Positions 8,324 to 17,651 of a stretch of 41,260 bases of DNA are shown here, piece after piece (the stretch's first letter is position 1; every line of letters begins with the position of its first letter). Under the pieces are notes generated by a model. The model had not been told where the DNA came from, did no database searches, and was given only the letters and a program-made list of their open reading frames with translations. This DNA is from an uncultured Gammaproteobacteria bacterium. GTDB lineage: Bacteria > Patescibacteriota > Microgenomatia > CAYGWK01. The position numbers and the translations under genes were made by a program. The stretch covers positions 1-41,260 of the forward strand of contig CAZAPL010000008.1 in the NCBI GenBank assembly GCA_964487495.1, in the 5' to 3' direction.

Positions 8324-9736
8324 TTATTTTCTAGATTTTTCTAAAAAAAATCTTTCTAAATATCCGTAAGCACTAACATCGCTACCTATTTTTAATTCTT
8401 CGCCGGCCAAGTTTATTAATAGAAGAAAACTTATCTCATTGCCATCTTGATCCATAGCATGAATTAATTCCACAGGAAATCCAAAAAAGTCTATATTTTC
8501 AATTTCTGTTATCGTATATTTCCCTGGAGGTATTTTATCTGTAATACCCAAAAGTTCATGGCCTAAAATATTGTTTAAAAATCTTCTGCTTAGTTCTGAA
8601 GACCAAACAATTTTGCTGCCATCCGGTGTTTTTTTGTTTTGTTTGTCATCTTCTCTAGGAAAGATTTGAGATTCCGGGTTTTGTCCTTGCGTCTTTTCTT
8701 GATTTCCTGGTTGAGGTTGTAGATTTCCCGCTGTTGACGGTTTTTCTCCTTCTTGGGTATTTTGTTTTGGAGATGTTTCGGGTTGTTTGTTTGTTACTGG
8801 CGCTTTGAATGTAGTTGAGTTTTTAGGTATTATTTTTGGGGCAGGTGTTTTCTTAGTTAGAAGTGATCTAAGGTAATCAAGATAATTTTCTAAGGCTTGA
8901 GCCAAGGTTGGATTATAGCCGGTTAAAGCGATGATTAAATCTTTCATTTTTTGGCAAAGTGCCAATTGCTGGTCATCAATTCCTTCTTGGGAAATTCCGA
9001 TTAAAAGATTAAAGATTAAATTGGTTAAGTCGCCAACCATTTGAGGATTTTTTTCTCTTAAATATTTAATTTTTTCAATTAATTGAGGTTTTAATTTTCC
9101 ATTTTTAGCGTAAAAATCTTCGGTAAACAAACTTTCTATCAGTTCTTGAGCAGTCAGTTCTTGGAAAGCCAATTCTGTAATTTCTGTTTGAATAATAGAT
9201 TGGGTTTCAGGCGAAGATTCTGCTGTTTGAGAAGAAGTGGCCGGAGTTTCGGTTTTAACTGGGGTTGATTTTGGCGGTTGTTGCGTTATTGGTGATTCTG
9301 TTCTTTCTACTCTTTCTCCAATGGGGATGGCTTTAGGTTGAGGGGGAGCATTTTCTTTCGCATCACTAAGAATCACTTCTTCATAAGGAGACAGGATGGT
9401 AACCTCTTCAGGAGATAAATAAGAAGGCGCCGGTGATGAGATTTTTGGATTTTCCTGGGAGTTTGATCCTCTTGAAATTAAAATTCCGCCGACAACACCA
9501 CCGACAGTCAGAGCAGCTGTTAACGCCCCTGTTGTTATAACTTTTTTTATTTTTTCTATTGTACTTTCTATTGGACTTTCTATTGGAGGCGCTGGGGCAA
9601 CTTCTCCTCCTAGAATTCTCATGGCAGCGATTTTAGCAGCAGCAATTTCAGCAGGAGTTCTTTGGTCGAAATTACCGTCAAAAGCATTTCGGCCATCACT
9701 ACCGGATAATTCGGTTTCTTTCCATTGTGTTGCCAT
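8324..9736 (-). CDS. Hypothetical single-pass membrane protein with P/T/S/Q-rich linkers
   Basis: 470-aa ORF; TM GALTAALTVGGVVGGILI; two low-complexity linkers; co-oriented with neighbours. Confidence 0.75.
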   Translation of the reverse strand: MATQWKETELSGSDGRNAFDGNFDQRTPAEIAAAKIAAMRILGGEVAPAPPIESPIESTIEKIKKVITTGALTAALTVGGVVGGILISRGSNSQENPKISSPAPSYLSPEEVTILSPYEEVILSDAKENAPPQPKAIPIGERVERTESPITQQPPKSTPVKTETPATSSQTAESSPETQSIIQTEITELAFQELTAQELIESLFTEDFYAKNGKLKPQLIEKIKYLREKNPQMVGDLTNLIFNLLIGISQEGIDDQQLALCQKMKDLIIALTGYNPTLAQALENYLDYLRSLLTKKTPAPKIIPKNSTTFKAPVTNKQPETSPKQNTQEGEKPSTAGNLQPQPGNQEKTQGQNPESQIFPREDDKQNKKTPDGSKIVWSSELSRRFLNNILGHELLGITDKIPPGKYTITEIENIDFFGFPVELIHAMDQDGNEISFLLLINLAGEELKIGSDVSAYGYLERFFLEKSRK

Positions 9737-9751
9737 TTTTTTATTTTTACT

Positions 9752-11242
9752 TTATGTTATTCTAAATTTTAGATTTGCCGCCTTCTCTTGAGTTCTTAAA
9801 ATGGCCCTGGTGTTATCAACAGGGGCTTTTGGTTTTATTTTACCTCTAGAGTAAATAAGATTGTATCTCTCGTATCTTCTAGATTCGGGTTTATTATTGT
9901 TATTGTCAGGATTTTCAATTCCTCGCATAATCATGGGTAAATAAGGCGTTATTTTTGTCTCTGGTGTTGGTACTGGTTTTGCTTTTGGTGTTGGACTTGG
10001 TTCTTCTGGAGTTGATAGAGGGGTAGGAGTGGGAGTAGAAGTGGGAATACGTGCCGCTTGGGCTGTTTCGGTTAATTCTCTATATAAGGCTGTTTGAGTT
10101 GCGGCTGCTTTTTTGACTTCTTCAACGATACCTCCTTGATGAGCGCTAGCGGTTTCGACTGCTACTTGGGTCAAGGTAGCTTCTACTTCTTTTGCTATTT
10201 GGGTAGCCGTCATTCTTCTTTCTGCTTCTTCTTCTAATCTTTTAATGTATTCCTCTTGGGCTCGGCGTTGGGCTTCTAAAGTTGCTCTTACCTGCTCTTC
10301 GATACGCCTTTTTATTTCGGCGGCGTCTGGAGTCGGCGTTGATGTTTCTGTGGGTCTTTCGGTTTTTGTGGGTGTAGGAGTTTCTGTGGGCTTAGGAGTT
10401 TCTGAAGGAGTGGGAATTGGTGAAGCTATTACTTGGGCGGTCTCTGGTTTTGCCCCTAGACATTCATATAATATCGCTTCTAAAAAACTGCCCAAACTGG
10501 CATAATTTGTGAAAAGTTCAGGAGAAATTGCCATTGCTTGTTGCCGGTTAAGCATTGATTCTGGGCAATTGCCTTTTTTGGCATCTATTATTGCCTGTAA
10601 GATTTTTATTCTGGCTTCAAGAGGGAATCTGCTCGCTATTGAACTAGGTTGTTTTCTTATTTCTTCTTCCAAATAAGTTATAAAATCGGTTATGATGAAT
10701 GTACCACTTCCTTTATCAACTATAACTTCCCCAGGAAGACGAATATTTCTATTTAACATTTCTAAAACAGGTTTACATTTTTCACTTACTTTTCCTTTCC
10801 CCAAACAATCAATTGTTTCTTCATCAATACATCTTGTTACTGTTTCATCTTGGTCTATCCCTAATTCTTCTGCCGCTTGACTTTCTCCTAATTTAATTAA
10901 GGGGCATATGACTCTGTCAAAAGGATCTCGTGATTTAATTGGCGTTTGGGTTAGTTTATCTGGTCTTTCGGGGGTTGTGTAAGTAGTAGTGGGCGTTTCT
11001 GGGTTTTCCCTAAAGAGACCTACATTGTTTTTAAGGTCGTTGGCCAAATAAATAATACCAGCTCCGGCTAATACCACTATCGCTCCTTTAATACCACAAC
11101 CTAATATTTTGAAACTACAACCTATTACTTCATCGGGTCTCCTAATTGATCTTTTTGCGATTGCTGATAATAATTCACTTAAATTTGTTTCGTTAGTGGG
11201 AGGGAAATAATTTGGTGTGTCTCTCCTCTCCGGGCTTCCCAT
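9752..11242 (-). CDS. Hypothetical single-pass membrane protein, Cys-containing domain plus Pro/Thr-rich stalk
   Basis: TM GAIVVLAGAGIIYLA; PTPSETPKPTETPTPT repeats; start moved to ATG 11242 because ATG 11278 lies in the -10 box. Confidence 0.75.
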   Translation of the reverse strand: MGSPERRDTPNYFPPTNETNLSELLSAIAKRSIRRPDEVIGCSFKILGCGIKGAIVVLAGAGIIYLANDLKNNVGLFRENPETPTTTYTTPERPDKLTQTPIKSRDPFDRVICPLIKLGESQAAEELGIDQDETVTRCIDEETIDCLGKGKVSEKCKPVLEMLNRNIRLPGEVIVDKGSGTFIITDFITYLEEEIRKQPSSIASRFPLEARIKILQAIIDAKKGNCPESMLNRQQAMAISPELFTNYASLGSFLEAILYECLGAKPETAQVIASPIPTPSETPKPTETPTPTKTERPTETSTPTPDAAEIKRRIEEQVRATLEAQRRAQEEYIKRLEEEAERRMTATQIAKEVEATLTQVAVETASAHQGGIVEEVKKAAATQTALYRELTETAQAARIPTSTPTPTPLSTPEEPSPTPKAKPVPTPETKITPYLPMIMRGIENPDNNNNKPESRRYERYNLIYSRGKIKPKAPVDNTRAILRTQEKAANLKFRIT

Positions 11243-11276
11243 AATAGTATAATATAAGATATATAAGTATGGTGGC

Positions 11277-11305
11277 ATTTTAGCACCTTAGATATTTTTT
11301 GTCAA
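11277..11305 (-). promoter_or_regulatory. Near-consensus sigma70 promoter of the three-gene orphan operon
   Basis: TTGACA (11305-11300), 17 nt, TG-C-TAAAAT (11282-11277). Confidence 0.8.
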
Positions 11306-11424
11306 GTAAAAAAATCAATATCTTCTGACGTTTCGTAATCTTTCTTTTTAAGTATTTTTTTCTATAGGGTTTTAAAAGGGGTTTTGGTTGAAAATTTTTT
11401 TTAGATTGTGTCAGAATAAATTTA

Positions 11425-12957
11425 ATGCTGGCAAAAATTTTTTCAGGAGCAAATGTGGGGCTTGAAAGCGTTTTAATTGAGGTTGAGGTTGATATTTCCC
11501 CAAAGACCCTTCCCTCTTTTAATATTGTTGGTCTTCCTGATAAAGCAGTTGAAGAGGCAAAAGAAAGAGTAAGATCGGCATTAAAAAATTCAGGAGCGGA
11601 TTTTCCTTCAAAAAGAATTACCGTTAATCTTGCCCCCGCGGATTTGCCAAAATTTGGCCCCTCTTATGATTTGCCGATTGCTTTGGGGATTTTGATTGCC
11701 TCCGGGCAACTTAAAGCAAATTTGGATGACGCTTTGGTTTTAGGGGAATTGTCTTTGGATGGTTCTCTTCGTCATACCAATGGAATTTTGCCGATAGCTA
11801 TTTTGGCAAAAGAAAAAAAATTTAAAAGAATTTTTCTCCCCAAGGTTAACGCCCAAGAGGCATCGGTAGTTAATAATTTAAAAATTTATCCGGTTTCTTG
11901 CCTTCTTGAGATTTTTCGCCATTTTGGCGGCAGTCAAGAGATAAAGCCAATTTCCTATACTCCATTTTCTAAAATTTCTTCTTTGAGGATTTTTGAGTTT
12001 GATATGGCAGAAATTCGGGGGCAAGAAAATGCTAAAAGAGTTTTAGAGATTGCTGCCGCAGGCGGTCATAATGTTTTTATGAAAGGCCCTCCCGGAGCGG
12101 GGAAAACAATGCTTGCTCGCGCGTTGGCAGGAATTCTGCCGGATTTGACCGAAGAAGAGGCTCTTGAGGTAACTAAAATTTATTCAATAACCGGGAGTTT
12201 ACCCAAAGGAGAATCGATAATAAAATATCGTCCTTTTCGTTCTCCTCATCATACAATTTCAAGAATTGGTTTAATTGGTGGAGGAAGCCATCCGATTCCC
12301 GGAGAAATTTCTTTGGCCCATCGCGGTGTTTTATTCCTCGACGAATTTCCTGAATTCCCACGAAGTGTTCTTGAGGCATTAAGACAACCAATGGAAGATG
12401 GATTAGTTACCATTTCTCGGGCTTCAGGTACTTTAACCTTTCCGTCTAAGTTTATTTTGGTGGCTGCTGCCAATCCTTGTCCCTGCGGATATCTAGGAGA
12501 TTATTCAAAGCCATGTAATTGTCTCCCTGGGCAGATTCAAAGATATCAAAAGAGAATTTCCGGGCCAATCATTGACCGAATTGATCTTCATATTGACATC
12601 CCGGCAGTTAAAATAGAAAAACTGATAGAGAATGAAAGAGAAAAAAGAGAAAGTTCAAAGGAGATAAAAGCAAGAGTTCAGAAAGCCAGAAATTGGCAGA
12701 TAGAGAGATTTAAAGGAACAAAAATTAAAAGCAATGGAGAAATGACTACCAAAGATGTTAAATTTTTTTGTCCTCTTTCCAGAGAATGTCAAAATTTACT
12801 TTATCAGGCAGCAATTCAATTAAATCTTTCAGCCCGCTCTTTTTATCGGATAATTAAGATAGCGCGAACAATTGCCGATTTAGCCCAAGAAAAAGAAATC
12901 TTGAAGGAACACCTTGCTGAGGCCCTTCAATATCGTCCACGGGATTTGACCTTTTAA
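11425..12957 (+). CDS. comM: YifB/ComM family Mg-chelatase-like AAA+ ATPase
   Basis: VGLPDKAVEEAKERV, NLAPADLPK, GPPGAGKT, PGEISLAHRGVLFLDEFPEF, NPCPCG. Confidence 0.95.
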   Translation: MLAKIFSGANVGLESVLIEVEVDISPKTLPSFNIVGLPDKAVEEAKERVRSALKNSGADFPSKRITVNLAPADLPKFGPSYDLPIALGILIASGQLKANLDDALVLGELSLDGSLRHTNGILPIAILAKEKKFKRIFLPKVNAQEASVVNNLKIYPVSCLLEIFRHFGGSQEIKPISYTPFSKISSLRIFEFDMAEIRGQENAKRVLEIAAAGGHNVFMKGPPGAGKTMLARALAGILPDLTEEEALEVTKIYSITGSLPKGESIIKYRPFRSPHHTISRIGLIGGGSHPIPGEISLAHRGVLFLDEFPEFPRSVLEALRQPMEDGLVTISRASGTLTFPSKFILVAAANPCPCGYLGDYSKPCNCLPGQIQRYQKRISGPIIDRIDLHIDIPAVKIEKLIENEREKRESSKEIKARVQKARNWQIERFKGTKIKSNGEMTTKDVKFFCPLSRECQNLLYQAAIQLNLSARSFYRIIKIARTIADLAQEKEILKEHLAEALQYRPRDLTF

Positions 12958-13004
12958 TTTAGCAAAACCCCTCCCGTAAAACTTGGGTGGGGGTTTTTGC
13001 TAAA
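12958..13004. terminator. Probable bidirectional intrinsic terminator
   Basis: TTTAGCAAAACCCCTCCC-loop-GGGTGGGGGTTTTTGCTAAA between convergent genes. Confidence 0.8.
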
Positions 13005-13020
13005 AATTTTTTAAAAACTA

Positions 13021-13164
13021 TTAAGCGGCGCCAATTTTGAACATCTTAGTGCCACAATCTGGACATTGAGCCGTCATTGCCGGTTTACCGTTTTTCATTG
13101 TTATTCTTTGAGGATTGGCGACCTCCTTTTTGGCGCGGCACTTTACACAATACATTGTTGCCAT
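13021..13164 (-). CDS. DUF5679-type small zinc-ribbon protein, 47 aa (not in the ORF track)
   Basis: MATMYCVKCRAKKEVANPQRITMKNGKPAMTAQCPDCGTKMFKIGAA; two CxxC; strong SD AGGAGGTGA. Confidence 0.9.
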   Translation of the reverse strand: MATMYCVKCRAKKEVANPQRITMKNGKPAMTAQCPDCGTKMFKIGAA

Positions 13165-13220
13165 ATTTTCTCTGTCACCTCCTCTCTTTTTTGGGCAAAG
13201 TCAAATTTTTATAAAAAAAA

Positions 13221-13526
13221 TTAAAATTTGCCTGCCCTGTCTAAAAAGTATAGTATAAGTTCAAGACTAATTGCAAGTATGGCTAAAATTAAAGTTTTTG
13301 TCAAATCCTTTTTAATATAAGGGGTGTAAGGAGAAATAGCAAGAAGCGAATTTTGTTTTTGATCTTCAGAGCCTATCCTTGCCTTGGAAGTTATTGTGGG
13401 AATTTTTAGACTCTCCTTTGTTTCTTTATTTTCTATTTTTTCTTCCCCCTTTTCTAAATCTTGAGTAACTTTTAATTTTCTTCTTAATTCAGCAATTATT
13501 TTTTCTTTGCGAGTTTTTCTTGCCAT
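13221..13526 (-). CDS. Hypothetical basic protein with C-terminal TM helix
   Basis: MARKTRKEKIIAELRRK... plus hydrophobic C-terminus. Confidence 0.75.
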   Translation of the reverse strand: MARKTRKEKIIAELRRKLKVTQDLEKGEEKIENKETKESLKIPTITSKARIGSEDQKQNSLLAISPYTPYIKKDLTKTLILAILAISLELILYFLDRAGKF

Positions 13527-13685
13527 GGTCTTAAAAACTGAATTCAGCCGAATAATAACATATTAGTCAATCACTTTTCAATAACAATTTTTGAAATCGA
13601 AGACTTTTTGGGAATAATTTATAATGACGATTCGGAATCTTTAGGTTAGATAAAGATCTTAGAAATGTTTAAAAAGTCTGTTAGG

Positions 13686-13714
13686 TTGACATAATCTTCT
13701 TTAAAAGATAGAAT
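13686..13714 (+). promoter_or_regulatory. Sigma70 promoter
   Basis: TTGACA, 17 nt, TAGAAT. Confidence 0.75.
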
Positions 13715-13717
13715 AAA

Positions 13718-14194
13718 ATGGTAAAAATGTTGTCTAACGAACAATTTTTTTTGATTTTATCGGGAGTTATTTTTATTTGGTTGGCAATTTTAACTTTTTT
13801 TCTTTTTCGGGTTATTTCTCATTATCGCAGTTTAACCAAAGGGGTTTTAAAAGAAGATTTAATTTCAATTTTGGAAAAAATTCTAAAGGAAGAAAAGGAA
13901 AACCAAGATAAAATTGAGAAAATTTTTAAAAAGATTGAAGAAATTGAAAAAGAAGGGGCATTTCATATTCAAAAAGTAGGATTAGTGAGATTTAACCCAT
14001 TTTCCAATACTGGGGGTAGCCATAGTTTTACCTTGGCGCTTTTAAATAATTATGATGATGGGGTGGTAATTTCTAGTTTGCATAGTCGCGATCAGACAAG
14101 AATTTATGCCAAGCCAATAAAAGGAGGAAAATCTGAGAAATATGAACTTTCTGAAGAAGAAAAAGAAGCAATTGGAAAAGCCAAAAAACGTTAA
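13718..14194 (+). CDS. DUF4446 family protein (true start possibly ATG 13727)
   Basis: N-terminal TM, coiled coil, QKVGLVRFNPF..GG..SF.LALL, TRIYAKPI, LSEEEKEA. Confidence 0.88.
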   Translation: MVKMLSNEQFFLILSGVIFIWLAILTFFLFRVISHYRSLTKGVLKEDLISILEKILKEEKENQDKIEKIFKKIEEIEKEGAFHIQKVGLVRFNPFSNTGGSHSFTLALLNNYDDGVVISSLHSRDQTRIYAKPIKGGKSEKYELSEEEKEAIGKAKKR

Positions 14195-14211
14195 AAAATT
14201 TAAATGAAAAT

Positions 14212-15402
14212 ATGGAAAAAGCAGAAAATAGAAAAAAAATAATTTTGTTTATTACTTTAGGCTTAGGTCTTTATTTTCTTTCAACCGGTATTTCTTCTTT
14301 CTTCTTTTCTTATTTTGCAAAATCTTCCGGCGAATCAGAAATTGTTTCTCCTATTTCTTCTGAAGATAGAGAGAGGTTTAAAGTTGATTTATCCGCCCCA
14401 AAAAGTGAAGTTTGCCCTTTGAATGGAAAAATGTATACCAAAGCAGAAAAGGATATTTGGAGCAAGAGGCGACCATTAACGGTTATGATTGAAAATCACA
14501 AAGACAGTCGACCTCAGTCGGGTCTTTCTCGGGCAGATATTGTTTACGAGGCGGTAGCCGAAGGGGGAATTACGAGATTTCTGGCGGTTTTTTATTGTGG
14601 TGTTTCCGCCTTGGATGTTCAGGTTGGGCCTGTTCGTTCAGCAAGAACTTATTTTTTGGATTTTGCTTCTGAATACGGCGATTTTCCTTTATATGTTCAT
14701 GTTGGAGGAGCAAATACTCCTGGCCCTGCTAATGCTTTAGGGCAAATTGCTGATTATGGATGGATTAAGAAAGGAAATGATTTAAATCAATTTTCAATTG
14801 GTTTTCCAACTTTCTGGAGAGATCAAGAAAGACTTGGTCATCCTGTAGCCACAGAGCATACGATGTATTCGTCAACTGATAAACTTTTTGCGGTAGCCGA
14901 AAAGAGGAATTTAACCAATATTGATAGCGATGGTATCCCTTGGAATAAAAATTTTGTCAAATGGCAGTTTAAGGATGATACCAAAGAAAGTGAGAGAGGG
15001 TCAAAAAGTCCATCATTTTCTTTTTGGAAGGGCTATTCAGATTATGACGTTAAATGGGAATATGATTTGCTTTCTAATAATTATAAAAGGATAAATGGAG
15101 GAGTTTTACAAAAAGACAGAAATGATGATGCGGAAATTCGAGCCAGGGTAATAGTGGTTGTTTTTATGAAAGAGTCAAGAGCCAATGATGGTTATGAGGG
15201 TAACCTTCATCTTTTATATAAGACAAAGGGGTCAGGGAAGGCCCTTGTCTTTCAGGATGGTCAGGTTTTAGAAGGAGTTTGGGAGAAGAAGGAGCGAAAG
15301 GAAAGAATGACCTTTAAAGATTTAAAAGGTAAAGAGATAGCATTTAATCGGGGAGAAATTTGGATTGAAGTTTTACCTTTAGGAAATGAGGTGATTTATT
15401 AA
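14212..15402 (+). CDS. DUF3048 (YerB-like) membrane-anchored protein
   Basis: RPLTVMIENH, RPQSGLSRADIVYE..AEGGITRF, GPVRSARTYF. Confidence 0.9.
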   Translation: MEKAENRKKIILFITLGLGLYFLSTGISSFFFSYFAKSSGESEIVSPISSEDRERFKVDLSAPKSEVCPLNGKMYTKAEKDIWSKRRPLTVMIENHKDSRPQSGLSRADIVYEAVAEGGITRFLAVFYCGVSALDVQVGPVRSARTYFLDFASEYGDFPLYVHVGGANTPGPANALGQIADYGWIKKGNDLNQFSIGFPTFWRDQERLGHPVATEHTMYSSTDKLFAVAEKRNLTNIDSDGIPWNKNFVKWQFKDDTKESERGSKSPSFSFWKGYSDYDVKWEYDLLSNNYKRINGGVLQKDRNDDAEIRARVIVVVFMKESRANDGYEGNLHLLYKTKGSGKALVFQDGQVLEGVWEKKERKERMTFKDLKGKEIAFNRGEIWIEVLPLGNEVIY

Positions 15403-15509
15403 ATTAATTTTCTTCTTGTGAAAGACCTGCCCCTTAAAAAATAATTAATGAAAGAGAGAAAATTTATAAAAAGGATAAAAATTCAAGTTTTTCTTGATTT
15501 TTAAAATTT

Positions 15510-16088
15510 ATGGAACTGCAGGATCTTTTAATTTCAAAAGTAAGGGTTAAATTATTGGAGACATTTCTTTCAAATCCCCAGGAGATTTATCATGTTAGAG
15601 AATTAGTTAGAAGGACGGGAGAAGAAATAAATGCTGTTAGGAGAGAATTGGCTCATATGGAAAAATCGGGAATGGTTAAAAAGGAGCCAAGAGGAAACAG
15701 GCTTTATTATTGGTTTAGAAAGGATTATCTTTTTTATAATGAACTTTTGGCGATGATTACCAAAACTGTTGGCCTTGGGCGGGAAATTCTAAAGAACAGA
15801 GAAAGAATTGGTAAAATTTCCTTTGTTTCTTTTTCTGAAAAATTTGTTAAAAGAATTCCTAGAGAAAAAGATGAAGTTGATGTTTTAGTGGTTGGCCAGG
15901 TGATTTTGCCGGAAATTGCTGCCTTAATTAAAGCAGAGGAGCAACGAAGAGAACAGGAGATAAATTATACGATTATGAGTAATGAAGAGCTTTCTTTTCG
16001 CAAAGAAAGGAGAGATCCCTTTTTAATGGGGATACTTTTTTCTCCAAAAATAATGATTATTGGCGAAGAAAGAGAATTGGTTTTTTAA
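15510..16088 (+). CDS. Winged-HTH protein with C-terminal minimal nucleotidyltransferase-like domain
   Basis: SKVRVKLL..F..NP...HVREL.R...EEINAVRREL wHTH; EVDVLVVG and REINYT-like segments. Confidence 0.75.
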   Translation: MELQDLLISKVRVKLLETFLSNPQEIYHVRELVRRTGEEINAVRRELAHMEKSGMVKKEPRGNRLYYWFRKDYLFYNELLAMITKTVGLGREILKNRERIGKISFVSFSEKFVKRIPREKDEVDVLVVGQVILPEIAALIKAEEQRREQEINYTIMSNEELSFRKERRDPFLMGILFSPKIMIIGEERELVF

Positions 16089-16103
16089 AATTTATGCTTT
16101 ATT

Positions 16104-16301
16104 ATGTATCAACAGAAAGTAATTAAGACAGGAAATTCCTTAGCCTTGACTATTCCTGCAAAATTTGTTAAAGATTTAGGGATAAGAGCCGGTGATTCTG
16201 TTAAAACAATTTTTGAAAGGGAAAAGGGGAGAATAATTTATATTTTTTCCGGGATAAAACAACTTCCTCTCTCGGAAAGTTTTTTTCAGAAAAGAAAGTG
16301 A
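16104..16301 (+). CDS. AbrB/MazE/SpoVT family DNA-binding protein
   Basis: KVIKTGNSLALTIPAKFVKDLGIRAGDSV. Confidence 0.88.
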   Translation: MYQQKVIKTGNSLALTIPAKFVKDLGIRAGDSVKTIFEREKGRIIYIFSGIKQLPLSESFFQKRK

Positions 16302-16311
16302 AATTTTTTCT

Positions 16312-17637
16312 ATGAATAAAAAAAGAATTCTTTTATGGTTCATTATTTTTTTAACAGTTTTTTGTCTTGTTATTGATTTTCCTAAAGATTTTCCTCTTAA
16401 ATTTTCAATAGGAAAGTTTTCTGTAGATACAAAAATTTCCCATCCAAGAATTGACCTTAATTTTGGGAGAATAAAATTTAAGAGAGATCTTGAGATTAAA
16501 AAGGGATTAGATTTAGAAGGCGGTGCCCATTTAGTTTTTCAGGCAGATATGAAGGATATTCCTTTTGAAAATAGAAATTCTGCTATTGAGGCGGCGAAAA
16601 AAAACATTGAAAGAAGAATTAATTTTTTTGGAATTTCTGAGCCAGTAGTGCAAACAGCTAAAAGTGGCGAAGACTATCGTTTAATTGTAGAACTTCCCGG
16701 CATAGAAGATATAAATAGAGCAATTGATTTAATTGGTTCAACCGCCCAACTTGAATTTTGGGAACAAGTCGAGGCTTCTCCCTCGGCTGGTTTTAAACCC
16801 ACTGATTTGACTGGTAAGGATTTAAAAATTTCTCAGGTTCGTTTTGACCCAAATACCGGCCAACCGGTGGTTAGTCTTAATTTTTCTTCAGAAGGAGGGA
16901 AAAAATTTGCAGAGATCACCTCAAGAAATGTTGGTCGAATAGTTGCTATTTATTTAGATAAAAAAATTATTTCTACGCCTGTAGTCGAGGAACCGATAAC
17001 TTCTGGTGAGGCAATTATTAAAGGAAATTTTACTCTTCAGGAGGCAAAAGATCTTTCGATTAAACTTAACGCGGGGGCTTTGCCCGTACCAATTAAAATT
17101 ATTGAACAAAGAAATATTGGGGCCACATTAGGTCGAGAATCAGTACAAAAAAGCCTTAAAGCAGGTATGATTGGACTTTTAATGGTTGCCCTTTTTATGG
17201 GAGCATATTATGGCAAACTTGGTCTTTTAGCAGATTTGGCCTTGGTGCTTTATGGTTTGATTACTTTGGCCATTTATAAATTTATTCCTGTTACTTTAAC
17301 TTTACCTGGAATAGCGGGTTTTATTCTTTCAATTGGCATGGCAGTTGATTCAAATATTTTGATTTTTGAAAGGATGAAGGAGGAACAAAGATCTGGTAAG
17401 CCTTGGCAGATTGCAATGGAATTAGGATTTGGTCGGGCCTGGGATTCGATTAGAGATGCCAATATTTGTACCTTAATTACTTGTTTTATTTTATTTAATC
17501 CTTTTAATTGGGGTTTTTTGAATGTTTCGGGAATGGTTAGAGGTTTTGCTCTGACTTTGGGATTAGGAATTTTTATTTCTTTGTTTACTGGTATTGTTGT
17601 TACCAGGACATTGTTAAGAGTTTTTTACAAAGGTTAG
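16312..17637 (+). CDS. secD: Protein translocase subunit SecD
   Basis: GLDLEGG, LNAGALPVP, TLPGIAGFILSIGMAVDSNILIFERMKEE. Confidence 0.97.
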   Translation: MNKKRILLWFIIFLTVFCLVIDFPKDFPLKFSIGKFSVDTKISHPRIDLNFGRIKFKRDLEIKKGLDLEGGAHLVFQADMKDIPFENRNSAIEAAKKNIERRINFFGISEPVVQTAKSGEDYRLIVELPGIEDINRAIDLIGSTAQLEFWEQVEASPSAGFKPTDLTGKDLKISQVRFDPNTGQPVVSLNFSSEGGKKFAEITSRNVGRIVAIYLDKKIISTPVVEEPITSGEAIIKGNFTLQEAKDLSIKLNAGALPVPIKIIEQRNIGATLGRESVQKSLKAGMIGLLMVALFMGAYYGKLGLLADLALVLYGLITLAIYKFIPVTLTLPGIAGFILSIGMAVDSNILIFERMKEEQRSGKPWQIAMELGFGRAWDSIRDANICTLITCFILFNPFNWGFLNVSGMVRGFALTLGLGIFISLFTGIVVTRTLLRVFYKG

Positions 17638-17651
17638 TTTTTTAAAAGAAT

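Noticed and set aside
9553-9588. 12-nt tandem repeat x3 (PIES-PIES-TIEK)
   Set aside because: Ordinary in-frame microduplication in a disordered region.
11243-11278. N-terminal extension MPPYLYILYYTI of ORF 9752..11278
   Set aside because: That ATG overlaps the -10 box of the operon promoter.
6316-11278. Prophage or DGR interpretation of the orphan cluster
   Set aside because: No integrase, structural genes, reverse transcriptase or TR/VR pair seen, and the adjacent comM is intact.
15403-15509. Possible structured RNA in the intergenic region
   Set aside because: Only weak AT-rich complementarity and no recognisable motif.
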